DNA from: a virus
Reading direction: 5' to 3' (one strand)
Length of the DNA: 64,000 nt
IMG/VR virus record: IMGVR_UViG_3300021225_000468
Coordinates: 1-64,000 of that record
Both the position numbers and the translations under genes were made by a program. The notes under the pieces were generated by a model. It ran no database searches, was not told the DNA's origin, and saw only the letters and a list, made by a program, of their open reading frames with translations. Positions 1-10,917 of the stretch are shown in pieces. Position 1 is the first letter of the stretch. Every line of letters begins with the position of its first letter.

Positions 1-335
1 GGTGTTATAGTGTTAGTAGGTGTAATTGTGTTGGTAGGTGTTATTGTATTTGTAGGAGTCTGAGTCGGAGTTATAGTGTTGGTAGGTGTGATGGTATTCG
101 TTGGTGTGATTGTGTTAGTTGGAGTCTGTGTTGGTGTTATAGTGCTAGTTGGTGTAGATGAATTGACTGGTGTTGATGTATTAGTTGGTGTCTGAGTTGG
201 TGTTGATGTATTAGTTGGTGTAATTGTGTTAGTAGGTGTAATGGTATTCGTTGGTGTCTGAGTTGGAGTTATAGTGTTAGTAGGCGTGATGGTATTCGTT
301 GGTGTTTGGGTTGGTGTTATAGTGTTAGTAGGTGT
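1..335 (-). CDS. Out-of-frame continuation of the giant Thr-Pro repeat virion protein (runs off the left edge)
   Basis: The frame starting at 335 reads [19 protein letters not shown]... with no stop down to position 3. It is shifted by one base relative to ORF 325..6267. Confidence 0.75.
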
Positions 336-710
336 ATTGAGTAGGTGTTATCGTATTTGTAGGTGTTTGGGTTTGTGTTGGTGTACGAGTTGGTGTTATA
401 GTCTTTGTAGGAGTAATAGTTTGTGTTGGTGTGCGAGTTGGTGTTATTGTATTTGTGGGTGTTGGCGTTGGGGTGGAACTTTCAGCAGGTGTTGATGTGT
501 TAGTTGGTGTAATTGTGTTAGTAGGAGTAATAGTGTTTGTTGGTGTATTTGTAGTAGTGTTAGTTGGTGTAATTGTATTAGTCGGGGTGTTTGTTGGTGT
601 CTGTGTTGGAGTTTTAGTTTGAGTTCTTGTTGGAGTACTGGTCTGAGTGTTTGTTGGTGTATTAGTAGGTGTCTGAGTAGGAGTTGGTGTTGGTGTTGGC
701 GTTTGTAAGT
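1..710 (-). repeat. Low-complexity coding repeat encoding ([10 protein letters not shown])n mucin-like tract
   Basis: Degenerate 12-18 nt units (ggtgtt/agtagg/ggtgta on +). Third codon positions vary while the peptide repeat is conserved. Confidence 0.95.
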
Positions 711-3700
711 TAAAGAAACACCCAACAATAAAATCAAATGTACTTTCATCATTATTTGATGTAGTTACCACTACTTTAATAACCTCAGTGTATTCATTTA
801 ACGTAATAGTATCTGTACCTGTGCCACCTGTATAACTATCAGAGAGTGTTATCGGTGTATAAACATCAAAAACATCTTGATTTGTATATCCTGAATAGTC
901 AAATGTTATTGAACCATACGATGTTGTTGGATTAATTTTAACATAATAAACTAATGGTGTTGGTGAATATTCTCCATGTATTAATTCATTACAATCATAA
1001 ACATCTTTTTCAACCAAACATGATACATTGAACTTATACCTTGTTTCTGGATTTGCATCTGCGATTACCCTTACTTTAATTATGTTAACATTAGATGGTA
1101 TAAATATTTCTTCTGTCCCTGTTCCACCTGTAAATTTATATGGTGTTGATGAAGCGTTAAATGGTACATAAACCTCAAATTCATCATTAATTGTGAAACC
1201 TGTATAATCAAATGTCACTACACCATTAATACCACTGGCGTTATTTATATTGATATAATAATCGGTTGGTGTAGCACTATAGTAACCTGTAACAATTTCA
1301 TCACAAGGTAATGATACAACACTTGTTGGTGTTACCGTTGGTGTTTGTGTCTTAGTTACTGTTGGTGTAATTGTCGGTGTCGGTGTTGGTGTGTCAGTAG
1401 GTAATGTGTCAACAGTCAAACATGAAACATTGAAATCCCAAGATGATTCTGACACATAACTTGTTACATCAATTCTAATTATATTAAATGTTCCGTTAAC
1501 ATATATTTGTTCACTACCTGTACTACTATCAAAAATTTGTGGTGTTGTAGATGTTACAGGTGAATAAACTTCAAACTTATCAGGTGTTGAACCACCCGTA
1601 TAATTAAACATAAAGTATCCACCTTGACCATTTGCTTGTATATCAACAAAGTATGTTTTAGGTGTTAATGAATAACCACCCGAAACGTTACGATTACATG
1701 GATATACAGTTGCAGGAGTGATACATGAAACACTAAACGAATATCTTGATTCAGGGTTGGTGTTAGATGTTACCCTAACTCTTACAACATTGACATTTTG
1801 TGTCACACTAATAACCTCAGTACCTGACCCACCAACAAATGAATATGGTGTTGTTGTTGCAAGATATGGAACAAACACTTCAAATGTCTCAGAATCACCT
1901 AAACTATCATATGTAAGAGTGATTGTGCCATTGAGTTCACTAATATTATTGATATCAATATAATAATCAACAGGTGTTGCTGACCATGTACCTACAATTG
2001 TTTCATCACAATTATACGTGTTCTCACCAATAGGTGTCACTGTAGGTGTTGGTGTATTGGTTGGTGTTGTAGTATTGGTAGGTGTAATAGATGGTGTAAC
2101 AGTATTTGTTGGTGTATTTGACGCAGTGATAGTTGGTGTTGGTGTATTTGTTCGTGTTTGTGTTACAGTCGGTGTAACAGTCTTAGTTGGTGTTGGTGTT
2201 GGTGTTTGTGATAAATCAGGTACAGGTGGTAATTCACCACAGTTTGTCTCATATGTTCTTTCAAGTGAACTAATCGATGGTATTGTGTCACAATTATCAG
2301 AATTCGGAACATAATAATATTGTTGTAACTTCATATCCAAGTCAGTAAACTTGGTATACTCATGTTGCACCAATAATTGATAATCTTGATTACCGTTGAA
2401 TAATATTATGTTAGATAAACCTGTATCATTTTGAATGTTTAAATTGAAATATAAATTTGGTTCACAATAATCTAAAGTAACCCCACTAACTTCAAATAAT
2501 TCTCCATTATGTGAAATAAGGTAATCTCCACGTCTGGTATAATTAATTGTTTGTCCCACTTCTTCTAATTCAGGACAACAAGAATTTACAACATCTTGTG
2601 TTTGTACTGATTCGTCTGTTATTACTTGTAAAAATTCAGGTAATCTATTATCAAATTCATACGTTCTTTTATTTGTTATTGACCCATCTAATTCGTTTAC
2701 ATTTTTATTTGTATAAACTCTTAATCTTGTTGTTGGTAATACTTCAAATATTTCAATACCTGTTGCTCCTGTTGTTGTAATTACATTTTTCTTAATAGAA
2801 CCCAAACAATCTTTTCCTGTAACAGTTACACCTGTGTATAAGAATGTGAAAGAATAATCATTTAGTTCCTTTGCTTCAACTATTTGTTGATACGAATATG
2901 ATGAGTTCGGTAGATACACTGCAGAAAGTATTGTATCACCCGACATTATGTTTTGAACCTCAGTGACCACACAATCACCTGATATGATGAAATTTTCTAT
3001 ATCAACAGATGTTGTATTTTCATCAATAGTCGCACTAACTACTTTTATTACTGTTGAACCACTTTTTATACCATAATCAAAACTTTGTCTGTATTGTACT
3101 TTTGGTTCTATTGTATACCCTGATGTATTCCCAACAGGTGTACAAACAGATTTTAATTGTAATCCTTGTAATTTAATTTTAACATCACAGTTTCCTGCAT
3201 CAACAAATAACAAATCAACTTCTTCATGTTCTGTTAATCCCGAAAATCTTAAAGTACAAACATCTTCAACTGTTAATCTTGACAAATCATTGTCACAATC
3301 AATAAAAGAATGAACAGGTGAATATGGTCCTCCACCAGTATCTAAGACACCAATAGTATTTCCTGTAAATTTAATTAATACATCACCGACTAATCTACAA
3401 TTTTCAGTTCCACCTGAGAATATATCGTCTGTTTCATATTCAAAATTGACTTCAACACCACATGTTGGTCCTGTTTTATTATATTCAGTGGCAAATGTTA
3501 AATCGATATAATCTCTTATTGAACAATCATTAGTTCCGTAATAAATTGATGTGAAATATATTGTTGACCCAACAATTTGATACTTAATTCTTTCAACGGG
3601 ATTATTTACTACATTCTCAATTAAATTGATTACTGCACCGCTCCACAATGTTTGTATTTCTGCACTATCAGGTACTATATATGTTTTATAATCACATATT

Positions 3701-6267
3701 AATGGTAAATTATTAGAACTTACTGATAATGATGTGCAACCTCCTTCATCAATATAATTTTGTAAATCTGTCGCAAAACCTTCATATAATTTTGCAGATA
3801 CTCCATTTACTGTTGAAGTTCCACTTATAATAACAACTTCATCCTCAGTACTACCAGTGTATATTTCTCCATCAATATTGATAATTGGTACTAAAGTGAT
3901 ACTTGAAATACTTGAGAGTCCACGTAGATTATTTTCTTCACCTATCATGGTTTCTAAATCTTCTTCAATCGCCAATTCAAATTCAGGATATAATGATTGG
4001 TTGAATTTTTTAATTTCACAACCTTTTCTATATTGGAATTTATTTCTACCAAAAACACTATTTTCTATCAAATTACCACCACTCCATAATGTTGTTGCGG
4101 GAATAAATTGTTCAATTAAATTAGTCCAATACGGACTCAATGTGTTAACAAATTCATTGATTGTTGGAAGATTATATGCGGTAAATCCTGTACTTGATAA
4201 ATAAGATTTATATACGTCTTCTAACTTAATGTAATTCTTTTTGTATTTTATCAAATGAGAATTTTCAATTTGTGTACTGACAACCGTATTTAAAAACTGT
4301 GAAAATGTTACACCTGTTTGTGGTTGTAATGTTGCCGTACCAAATGATAATAATAGTTCTCTTGATTTTCTATAAATGTCATAGTCTTGTCCTCTTGAGG
4401 AGGATACATATACATTAATATTTTTTCTTTGTAATATTAATGATGAAAATTCATTCGTTATATGTGATTTGACGTTATCGATTTCTGATTCTAATTCATA
4501 TCCCGTATCTAATCCAGGTAAAGTTCTAAAAACGTCAAAATACTCTTCCCCGTATGTAAATTCTTTTGATTTTGTTTTTATGACTTTTGTTCTACCTGTT
4601 AATATTGAATTTTCTGTATCTAAAATATCTATTGACCTGTGTTGTAATGTTTTCTCGTACCAACCAGACCCTTTTTGAAAATATATGTCTGATGTAATAT
4701 CAAAAGCCTTTCTTGGTAATCCTGTTAATTCATCTACAGGATATGTTTCTCTTGTAAATGATGTTAATCCTGATAGTATAGCGTTATATATGTCATCCTG
4801 TAAATCTAATGATTTGGGCATAGATGTAACTCTATACACATATTCATCCATTACAATCATCGGTTCAGGTACACCTAAGAATTTTAGGAAGAAAATGATA
4901 CTTTTTCTCGTTCCTTTGGATTTAAATAATTGTGCAAGATTTACTAAAATTCTTCTATAAAATTCATACTCAGATTCAATAACATTAGTACCTAAATTAA
5001 CCCCACCATAAGAATTACTGACCCTTGTATATAAAAGTTGATTTAAACTCTTATCATCAGTTAAATTAAAAGTTTCTAATCCTAATGTATTTGCAAGATT
5101 TTTTAATAAAATATCGGGGACATTTTTTACACCGTCATATGTCACATTACGCATGTATGCAATGTCATCTATGAATTTTTTTACCCTATCAAAACTTTGT
5201 CCGTATAATTGAAATACACTCTCACCTTTTTGTTCTTCTGTATCAAATTCATATAATTGAGGTGAGGACATGAATCTGATAAATAAATTGGATTTATAAT
5301 TATCAACTTCATCCGCAATATCACTTAAACTTTCTAAATAACTTTCATAGTCTAATCCAACTATTTTTGGATTCCAATTATCAACTGACAATGGCCAAGA
5401 AACACTTTCTTCAACAATTTCAATTTTTGTTTTATCTTGACTGTCTTTTGGTAATTTAAAAGTTGCTGTAAATTTTGGAAATGTTTCTCTATTTAATAAA
5501 ACTTCTTCTAACTCATCTAAATTTTTATAAAACTCTTCAACTACCGCATCATTTGGTCTAATTAATACATTCTGAGTGTATGCAGTTAAACTGCCAAATG
5601 GTTTACCTTCAACTTTAAGTGTGATTTTTTTATTGTCTGTAGATTGATTAAAATTAGTAACGTTATATGTGTCTCCACTTATATCTAAAACATAATTTGT
5701 ATAAGAAGAATAAAAATTTCTTATTGTTTGTTGTGAATCATTTCCTAAATTATAATTAGGTTCAATTAATTTGATATCAAATGGATTAAATATCATCGAT
5801 ATCTGTAGTTCAAAACTTGATGTATTATAATTTACATCATATGAAATGTTTCTAACAGTATTCGTATCTAAACTAATTGGACTGTTTTTGTCTACAAAAA
5901 AACCAGCAGGATATTTTTGAATTATGTTTGTTATTGAAGAAGATATCCGTTTTTTTAAGGACCCAAACAAAGATTTGTTACCGTCAGTTTTAGATGATTT
6001 GAAACGTACAGTTTCATCTTTTTTAGTTTCTATCGCAGTATTTGTTTTAGAATTAACTACAGTGTTTTCTAAATCGTCTAATGTTAAAAAATCTGAAAAA
6101 GGTTGTGTTGTAAAATTTTTATCATCCTTTTGAGGGATAACTTTATCTAAAATGAAATTGGTATTTGTCAATTGACTAGTACCATCAGTGATTTGCACAC
6201 CAATTAAATTATCATTAAATGTATCTGCTCCACTCGCCGCTTGACTTGGTACTTTTCTTTTTGCCAT
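325..6267 (-). CDS. Giant virion/baseplate-associated protein with four Cys-bracketed beta-rich repeat domains and Thr-Pro linkers
   Basis: 1980-aa ORF at the end of the baseplate operon. It has a wedge/tail-I-like segment ([22 protein letters not shown]) and C-terminal repeats. The stop at 325 follows an apparent 1-nt frameshift. Confidence 0.7.
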   Translation of the reverse strand: MAKRKVPSQAASGADTFNDNLIGVQITDGTSQLTNTNFILDKVIPQKDDKNFTTQPFSDFLTLDDLENTVVNSKTNTAIETKKDETVRFKSSKTDGNKSLFGSLKKRISSSITNIIQKYPAGFFVDKNSPISLDTNTVRNISYDVNYNTSSFELQISMIFNPFDIKLIEPNYNLGNDSQQTIRNFYSSYTNYVLDISGDTYNVTNFNQSTDNKKITLKVEGKPFGSLTAYTQNVLIRPNDAVVEEFYKNLDELEEVLLNRETFPKFTATFKLPKDSQDKTKIEIVEESVSWPLSVDNWNPKIVGLDYESYLESLSDIADEVDNYKSNLFIRFMSSPQLYEFDTEEQKGESVFQLYGQSFDRVKKFIDDIAYMRNVTYDGVKNVPDILLKNLANTLGLETFNLTDDKSLNQLLYTRVSNSYGGVNLGTNVIESEYEFYRRILVNLAQLFKSKGTRKSIIFFLKFLGVPEPMIVMDEYVYRVTSMPKSLDLQDDIYNAILSGLTSFTRETYPVDELTGLPRKAFDITSDIYFQKGSGWYEKTLQHRSIDILDTENSILTGRTKVIKTKSKEFTYGEEYFDVFRTLPGLDTGYELESEIDNVKSHITNEFSSLILQRKNINVYVSSSRGQDYDIYRKSRELLLSFGTATLQPQTGVTFSQFLNTVVSTQIENSHLIKYKKNYIKLEDVYKSYLSSTGFTAYNLPTINEFVNTLSPYWTNLIEQFIPATTLWSGGNLIENSVFGRNKFQYRKGCEIKKFNQSLYPEFELAIEEDLETMIGEENNLRGLSSISSITLVPIINIDGEIYTGSTEDEVVIISGTSTVNGVSAKLYEGFATDLQNYIDEGGCTSLSVSSNNLPLICDYKTYIVPDSAEIQTLWSGAVINLIENVVNNPVERIKYQIVGSTIYFTSIYYGTNDCSIRDYIDLTFATEYNKTGPTCGVEVNFEYETDDIFSGGTENCRLVGDVLIKFTGNTIGVLDTGGGPYSPVHSFIDCDNDLSRLTVEDVCTLRFSGLTEHEEVDLLFVDAGNCDVKIKLQGLQLKSVCTPVGNTSGYTIEPKVQYRQSFDYGIKSGSTVIKVVSATIDENTTSVDIENFIISGDCVVTEVQNIMSGDTILSAVYLPNSSYSYQQIVEAKELNDYSFTFLYTGVTVTGKDCLGSIKKNVITTTGATGIEIFEVLPTTRLRVYTNKNVNELDGSITNKRTYEFDNRLPEFLQVITDESVQTQDVVNSCCPELEEVGQTINYTRRGDYLISHNGELFEVSGVTLDYCEPNLYFNLNIQNDTGLSNIILFNGNQDYQLLVQHEYTKFTDLDMKLQQYYYVPNSDNCDTIPSISSLERTYETNCGELPPVPDLSQTPTPTPTKTVTPTVTQTRTNTPTPTITASNTPTNTVTPSITPTNTTTPTNTPTPTVTPIGENTYNCDETIVGTWSATPVDYYIDINNISELNGTITLTYDSLGDSETFEVFVPYLATTTPYSFVGGSGTEVISVTQNVNVVRVRVTSNTNPESRYSFSVSCITPATVYPCNRNVSGGYSLTPKTYFVDIQANGQGGYFMFNYTGGSTPDKFEVYSPVTSTTPQIFDSSTGSEQIYVNGTFNIIRIDVTSYVSESSWDFNVSCLTVDTLPTDTPTPTPTITPTVTKTQTPTVTPTSVVSLPCDEIVTGYYSATPTDYYININNASGINGVVTFDYTGFTINDEFEVYVPFNASSTPYKFTGGTGTEEIFIPSNVNIIKVRVIADANPETRYKFNVSCLVEKDVYDCNELIHGEYSPTPLVYYVKINPTTSYGSITFDYSGYTNQDVFDVYTPITLSDSYTGGTGTDTITLNEYTEVIKVVVTTSNNDESTFDFIVGCFFNLQTPTPTPTPTQTPTNTPTNTQTSTPTRTQTKTPTQTPTNTPTNTITPTNTTTNTPTNTITPTNTITPTNTSTPAESSTPTPTPTNTITPTRTPTQTITPTKTITPTRTPTQTQTPTNTITPTQYTY

Positions 6268-7187
6268 TATATTTCAGTAATAGTATCAAAATTTAATGTT
6301 TCATCAATATCTGTTCTACCTTCTCTAATCTCATAAAGTGTTTCATTAAATTCATCTTTAATTTCATAAAGATTGTATTGTTTATAGATATTGTTGTTAT
6401 TATCATAAATGGTGTATATACCAGGTGCAACCGCTTTACTTTGATTACCATACAATGCGTGTGCTAACGTTGATATATCGTGTTCTACCATTTCAATTTC
6501 TATTGTTGTTGGATTGAAAAATGTATTGGTTAATATGATTTTTTGTGATGGTAATCCAATAAATGGTATTGTGTTAGGTTTATTTGAGGGGGCAGAAGAT
6601 GGTGTCACAGTTAAAAACATCAAATTTGTCGCTTGGTCACTGTATTGATATCTTACTGCTTTTTGTGTTGTACTCGTTAAGTTTGTTGCTACAGGAGTAC
6701 AATAAAAAGATGATGTTACTAATCTATAAAAATTAGGTATTTTTTTATTGTCAGTACTGTTTATGTACTCAATTCTATATCCAACCAATCCTTGTGGTGT
6801 GAATTTATTTCTATCTGCGTTTGGAACATTACTTAAATCGATTATAATACCTCGTACTGAAGGTAATGACGCTAAAATTCCACAATCAGTAATAGTTGTC
6901 CTTATTTGTTTTGGTCTAATATGTAGTGTGTAAATTCCTAATTCAGTGAAATCATTAGACGATAATTTTAAATTATACAACCCACCTAATAATTCGATAT
7001 TAGGTGCGTTTGCATCGTCTGTAGTATCAGAATTATGATATATTGGTGTTAATAAATCAACAGCACTTAATTTTTTTAACGTTACTTCAGATGATGAAAT
7101 TCTATCTGCAGAATAATGAAAGAATATATCAACATCTTCTGGTGATACGTCTGCTGGCCTTATTGTACCAAATGTTCCTAAAGACAT
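6267..7187 (-). CDS. Hypothetical virion structural protein
   Basis: 306-aa ORF. Its stop overlaps the next start, and TATTTAT lies upstream (7200-7206). Confidence 0.7.
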   Translation of the reverse strand: MSLGTFGTIRPADVSPEDVDIFFHYSADRISSSEVTLKKLSAVDLLTPIYHNSDTTDDANAPNIELLGGLYNLKLSSNDFTELGIYTLHIRPKQIRTTITDCGILASLPSVRGIIIDLSNVPNADRNKFTPQGLVGYRIEYINSTDNKKIPNFYRLVTSSFYCTPVATNLTSTTQKAVRYQYSDQATNLMFLTVTPSSAPSNKPNTIPFIGLPSQKIILTNTFFNPTTIEIEMVEHDISTLAHALYGNQSKAVAPGIYTIYDNNNNIYKQYNLYEIKDEFNETLYEIREGRTDIDETLNFDTITEI

Positions 7188-7212
7188 AAAGTTTTATTTA
7201 TAAATATGAATT

Positions 7213-8343
7213 TTATTGTTTTTTTATTATAAAAAATTCATTTTGATAAACATCTAATTCACCTACACTATCAATTTCACTCAATCTAAAGTTATTTTCC
7301 AAAACACTTTGTTTTTTTCTATCAACAAAAATGTCTGAATATACTTGTGGTTCTTCAACAAAACCTAAGAAATGTTCGTTTCTTGTTATTAATTTATTGA
7401 AAACCTCTTCTTTTGTAAAATCTGATGTAGTCCCTGTTATCATAGTATATCCATCAGGATAATCTTTATAATATAAATTGTCAATAGTATATGCCGTATA
7501 ATTTCCAATACTATCAGTTCCCGTTGTAGTTCCCAAATATTCATTGGACCCATATAATTGTAATTCCCCTAATCTACTTTTACCTATCGCCAAATATGTA
7601 AAACCTGGATTAGTGTTTCCTGTGTTATTTGTGTAATCTAAATTATTCAAATAATTTTGTGTTTGTCCTGTTGCGTTGTCATATGCAGGGACTACAATGT
7701 TTGTGAACGTACCTAACGGGTTATAATTAAATGTATTTTGAGGTAATGTTATTATTTTAGATAAACGTTCGGTACTCCAAGGAGAATTTAAAATTATCTT
7801 TATTTCGTAAACACCATCATTTGAATATGTGTGTGATACTGACGGTAAATTAGTATTTAAAATACCTAAATTTACTTCTATTGATGATGTTTCCCCATCT
7901 CCCCAATTTACTGTAAAGGTTTGTTCTACAATTTTTCTAAGTTTATCAGGATTTACCGTATTATAAACAGTTACCGTACTATTCGAAATTGTGTATGTAA
8001 AATTTACTATTTGTTCAACTTGTTCTAAATCTCCATCAAATCCAACCATAACACCAAATTCATCTACTTTAGATTCTAAGAATATTGGTATATTATAAGA
8101 ATTAACAGAATCTGATTCTAATATTGAAGACCACCTGACACCATTCCATTTATAATATCCAACAGGAACACTACCTGTAACATTATAATATATGTCATTT
8201 ATATTAGGTCCATTATATATACTTCCTGACCAAGGGGTTAGTATGTCATTATAATCATACCAATTTTGACTTGTCAAAGAAACTAATTTTACTTCAGGAA
8301 TATTTTTCTTGAGTATCTCGTATCTATTTTTTTCCATTAACAA
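7213..8343 (-). CDS. Virion protein with PKD-like Ig domain
   Basis: FTVNWGDGETS...VSHTYSNDGVYEIKI is a PKD-type signature. The true start is probably the ATG at 8337. Confidence 0.7.
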   Translation of the reverse strand: MLMEKNRYEILKKNIPEVKLVSLTSQNWYDYNDILTPWSGSIYNGPNINDIYYNVTGSVPVGYYKWNGVRWSSILESDSVNSYNIPIFLESKVDEFGVMVGFDGDLEQVEQIVNFTYTISNSTVTVYNTVNPDKLRKIVEQTFTVNWGDGETSSIEVNLGILNTNLPSVSHTYSNDGVYEIKIILNSPWSTERLSKIITLPQNTFNYNPLGTFTNIVVPAYDNATGQTQNYLNNLDYTNNTGNTNPGFTYLAIGKSRLGELQLYGSNEYLGTTTGTDSIGNYTAYTIDNLYYKDYPDGYTMITGTTSDFTKEEVFNKLITRNEHFLGFVEEPQVYSDIFVDRKKQSVLENNFRLSEIDSVGELDVYQNEFFIIKKQ

Positions 8344-9146
8344 TTACCTCCACCTTTTTCATAAAATTTTATTGGATTTGACCTCGTTCCTGCTCTATCA
8401 CCCATAGTACCATCATATTCATGAATTCTATATGAATAATTATTCATGTCAATTATTACCTTATAGTACATATCTTGAGTTTCATCTACTTCATGAGTAG
8501 TATCAAAACAAGTATTTGTAAAATCAAGAATAGAACCATCACCACCATTAAAAAATTTTGCAGTCATGTAAAATGTATTTCCTGTAAGTTCAGTTTCATC
8601 ATATGGTGTGTCATCTTGAAACCAATAGAAATACATATTTTCTTTATTCTTATAATTTGACCCAATAAAAACAGGAACAAAAACATAATCATTAAAATCG
8701 TTCATTGTTAAATAAAACTTTTCTCCGATTGGTAAGTCTAAATTTTTAGCGAATATCAATCTCCTATTTGACCTGTCAGGTGATTCATCATTTGGTGTTT
8801 TGAAAAATTCTAATCTAAAAAAACTGTTTGTTGTTTGTTTAGTTAATTTTGCATTTTCTGAATTGGTTATACCTACCGCTTCGTAATTTTGTACATATGT
8901 ACCTCCACTTAAAAAATAAAAGTAAAACCAAATATCGTTTTGTGTATGTAATGGATTTGTTGTCATCCCATCATATTCTTGATGGATATATCTAACTGTT
9001 TCATAATTTTCTATGTCATTGATTACTAAATCTAACATTTCATTTTCATACTCAACAAATGACTCTGACCACCCTAAATTTGTTTTGAAATCAGTTTGAT
9101 TGTTAAGTACAATATTTAAATTTTGTTGTGGTTTAAGTATTTTCAT
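8337..9146 (-). CDS. Hypothetical virion structural protein
   Basis: 269-aa ORF, translationally coupled within the baseplate operon. Confidence 0.65.
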   Translation of the reverse strand: MKILKPQQNLNIVLNNQTDFKTNLGWSESFVEYENEMLDLVINDIENYETVRYIHQEYDGMTTNPLHTQNDIWFYFYFLSGGTYVQNYEAVGITNSENAKLTKQTTNSFFRLEFFKTPNDESPDRSNRRLIFAKNLDLPIGEKFYLTMNDFNDYVFVPVFIGSNYKNKENMYFYWFQDDTPYDETELTGNTFYMTAKFFNGGDGSILDFTNTCFDTTHEVDETQDMYYKVIIDMNNYSYRIHEYDGTMGDRAGTRSNPIKFYEKGGGNC

Positions 9147-9147
9147 A

Positions 9148-10917
9148 TCAACATTTAATTCTTAATGTTTTAAAATCTTTTATTCCATCTTTTTTAACTG
9201 TAAATGATTTTTCATTTTTAATATAAAAATTTATATTTTTTAACACAAAATGCATATCATTGACAAATGGGTAATTAGTTCCATATCCTTCGTCATCTAT
9301 AAATCCATGTTCGTATAAATCTCTCCATTTCCATAGTTTTTCACTTTCATAATATTTTACGTTTTCTGGTAAATTGTATACGTTGTCTACTTTTGATGTC
9401 TCAATATATGGTGATAATTCTCTAAGTTTGACTCTATGATGCGGTTGATAATATAATCCAAATAAATTAGTGGATGTTGCTCCTGAATAAAAATTAGGGT
9501 CATCTTGATTGTAATCAAAGATGTCTACAGATGGTGCAAATTTGTGTAAACATTCACTTACAATTCTTTCTTTAAATTCAAAATTGTTGTACTCAACAAA
9601 CGCCCCAACTAATGTTGTTCCTTTAGATATTGCATCACCCGAATTAAATGTATATGTTGTTGAATTTTCTGTTTTAGTGAAAGGTTGATATGTTATACTT
9701 TGTTCTTTTGATGTATCACCATCAAAATGTTGGTCTATCCATGTATCATGAAAATTAAATTTATAACCAACTTTAGGTGGATAATTAAAGTATCCATTTT
9801 TATTTCTGAAAATGATAGAAACATAAACTTCTGTTGGTGTATATCCTAAGTTATTTGTAATTCCTGTTAAATAGAAAGGTTTTTTAAAATCAAATATTAC
9901 ACTCTCCATTCTATTTTTTTCTACTAAATAATCATTAATACCCGCAGAATTTTCGTACAATAATTTTCTTTCATTTTCCCATATGGATGATTCGAATCCA
10001 ATATTATCCATGATGTAATCATTGACATCTGTTAATGTTTTATGTTTATGAACATAATAAGTAGAAACAGTATTATCAATGTCTTTTTTATTTAAACATC
10101 TTCTACCAAATATTACCGTATTATCTGATAATGTTATTGATGAACCAACCTCATTTTTCAATATTTTTATTATCCTCTTATCTGAATTATATTTTTCATC
10201 TCCAACCGCATCTATATAAAATATTTTATTTATAACACTGATTGAATTTAGATTAGTATTATTCAAAATCACATATTCACCGACACTCATTCCATGGTCA
10301 ACATCTGAAGTTAAAATGTAATATCTATCATCAGAAGAAATCACAAATGGTATTCCATCTTGTGCTTTGAAACTATATGTTGTGTTACCTGACGTAGTAT
10401 ATGATAATTGATACTGTGTATCTGAGGTATATACATATGAAAGATATATATTCCAATTATGGTAAGGAGCATCTATATTTGTTATTGTTGTGTGACCTGT
10501 AAATTGAGTTAATAACTGCACATTAGGTGTGAAATTGATTAAACTATCTCCACTTGACGGTGAGTTAACTTCTCTTAGTGTGTCTTTTCTCAGTAACGCA
10601 AATTCGTTATATGGGATAAATCCCGTATCATCACCGACTTGACCAACACCAAGAAGATATAAATTATTTCTTAAATAGTCATATTGAGTTACACCAACGT
10701 ACTCATTATTGAAAATCATTTTTATTTTACCATAGATTCGATACTTAACACTTTCATTTCTTTCTTTATCATATAACTCTGAAACACTAAGTATGATATT
10801 CCTATCATTTTCTCTAAGTAAATTCTGAGTTGTACTTAATTCTAATAATGAATTTAATTCTTCATCAGGTGCATTAAAATATCTTTTTCTTGGTAAAACT
10901 ATTTTGTTTTTCTTCAT
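9148..10917 (-). CDS. Hypothetical virion structural protein
   Basis: 589-aa ORF coupled to its neighbours, with multiple [ST]GxT motifs like other virion proteins. Confidence 0.65.
   Translation of the reverse strand: MKKNKIVLPRKRYFNAPDEELNSLLELSTTQNLLRENDRNIILSVSELYDKERNESVKYRIYGKIKMIFNNEYVGVTQYDYLRNNLYLLGVGQVGDDTGFIPYNEFALLRKDTLREVNSPSSGDSLINFTPNVQLLTQFTGHTTITNIDAPYHNWNIYLSYVYTSDTQYQLSYTTSGNTTYSFKAQDGIPFVISSDDRYYILTSDVDHGMSVGEYVILNNTNLNSISVINKIFYIDAVGDEKYNSDKRIIKILKNEVGSSITLSDNTVIFGRRCLNKKDIDNTVSTYYVHKHKTLTDVNDYIMDNIGFESSIWENERKLLYENSAGINDYLVEKNRMESVIFDFKKPFYLTGITNNLGYTPTEVYVSIIFRNKNGYFNYPPKVGYKFNFHDTWIDQHFDGDTSKEQSITYQPFTKTENSTTYTFNSGDAISKGTTLVGAFVEYNNFEFKERIVSECLHKFAPSVDIFDYNQDDPNFYSGATSTNLFGLYYQPHHRVKLRELSPYIETSKVDNVYNLPENVKYYESEKLWKWRDLYEHGFIDDEGYGTNYPFVNDMHFVLKNINFYIKNEKSFTVKKDGIKDFKTLRIKC

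Noticed and set aside
1-710. Tandem repeats as a possible CRISPR array or telomere-like repeat
   Set aside because: There are no constant repeats with unique spacers. Variation falls on third codon positions, so this is a coding Thr-Pro repeat.
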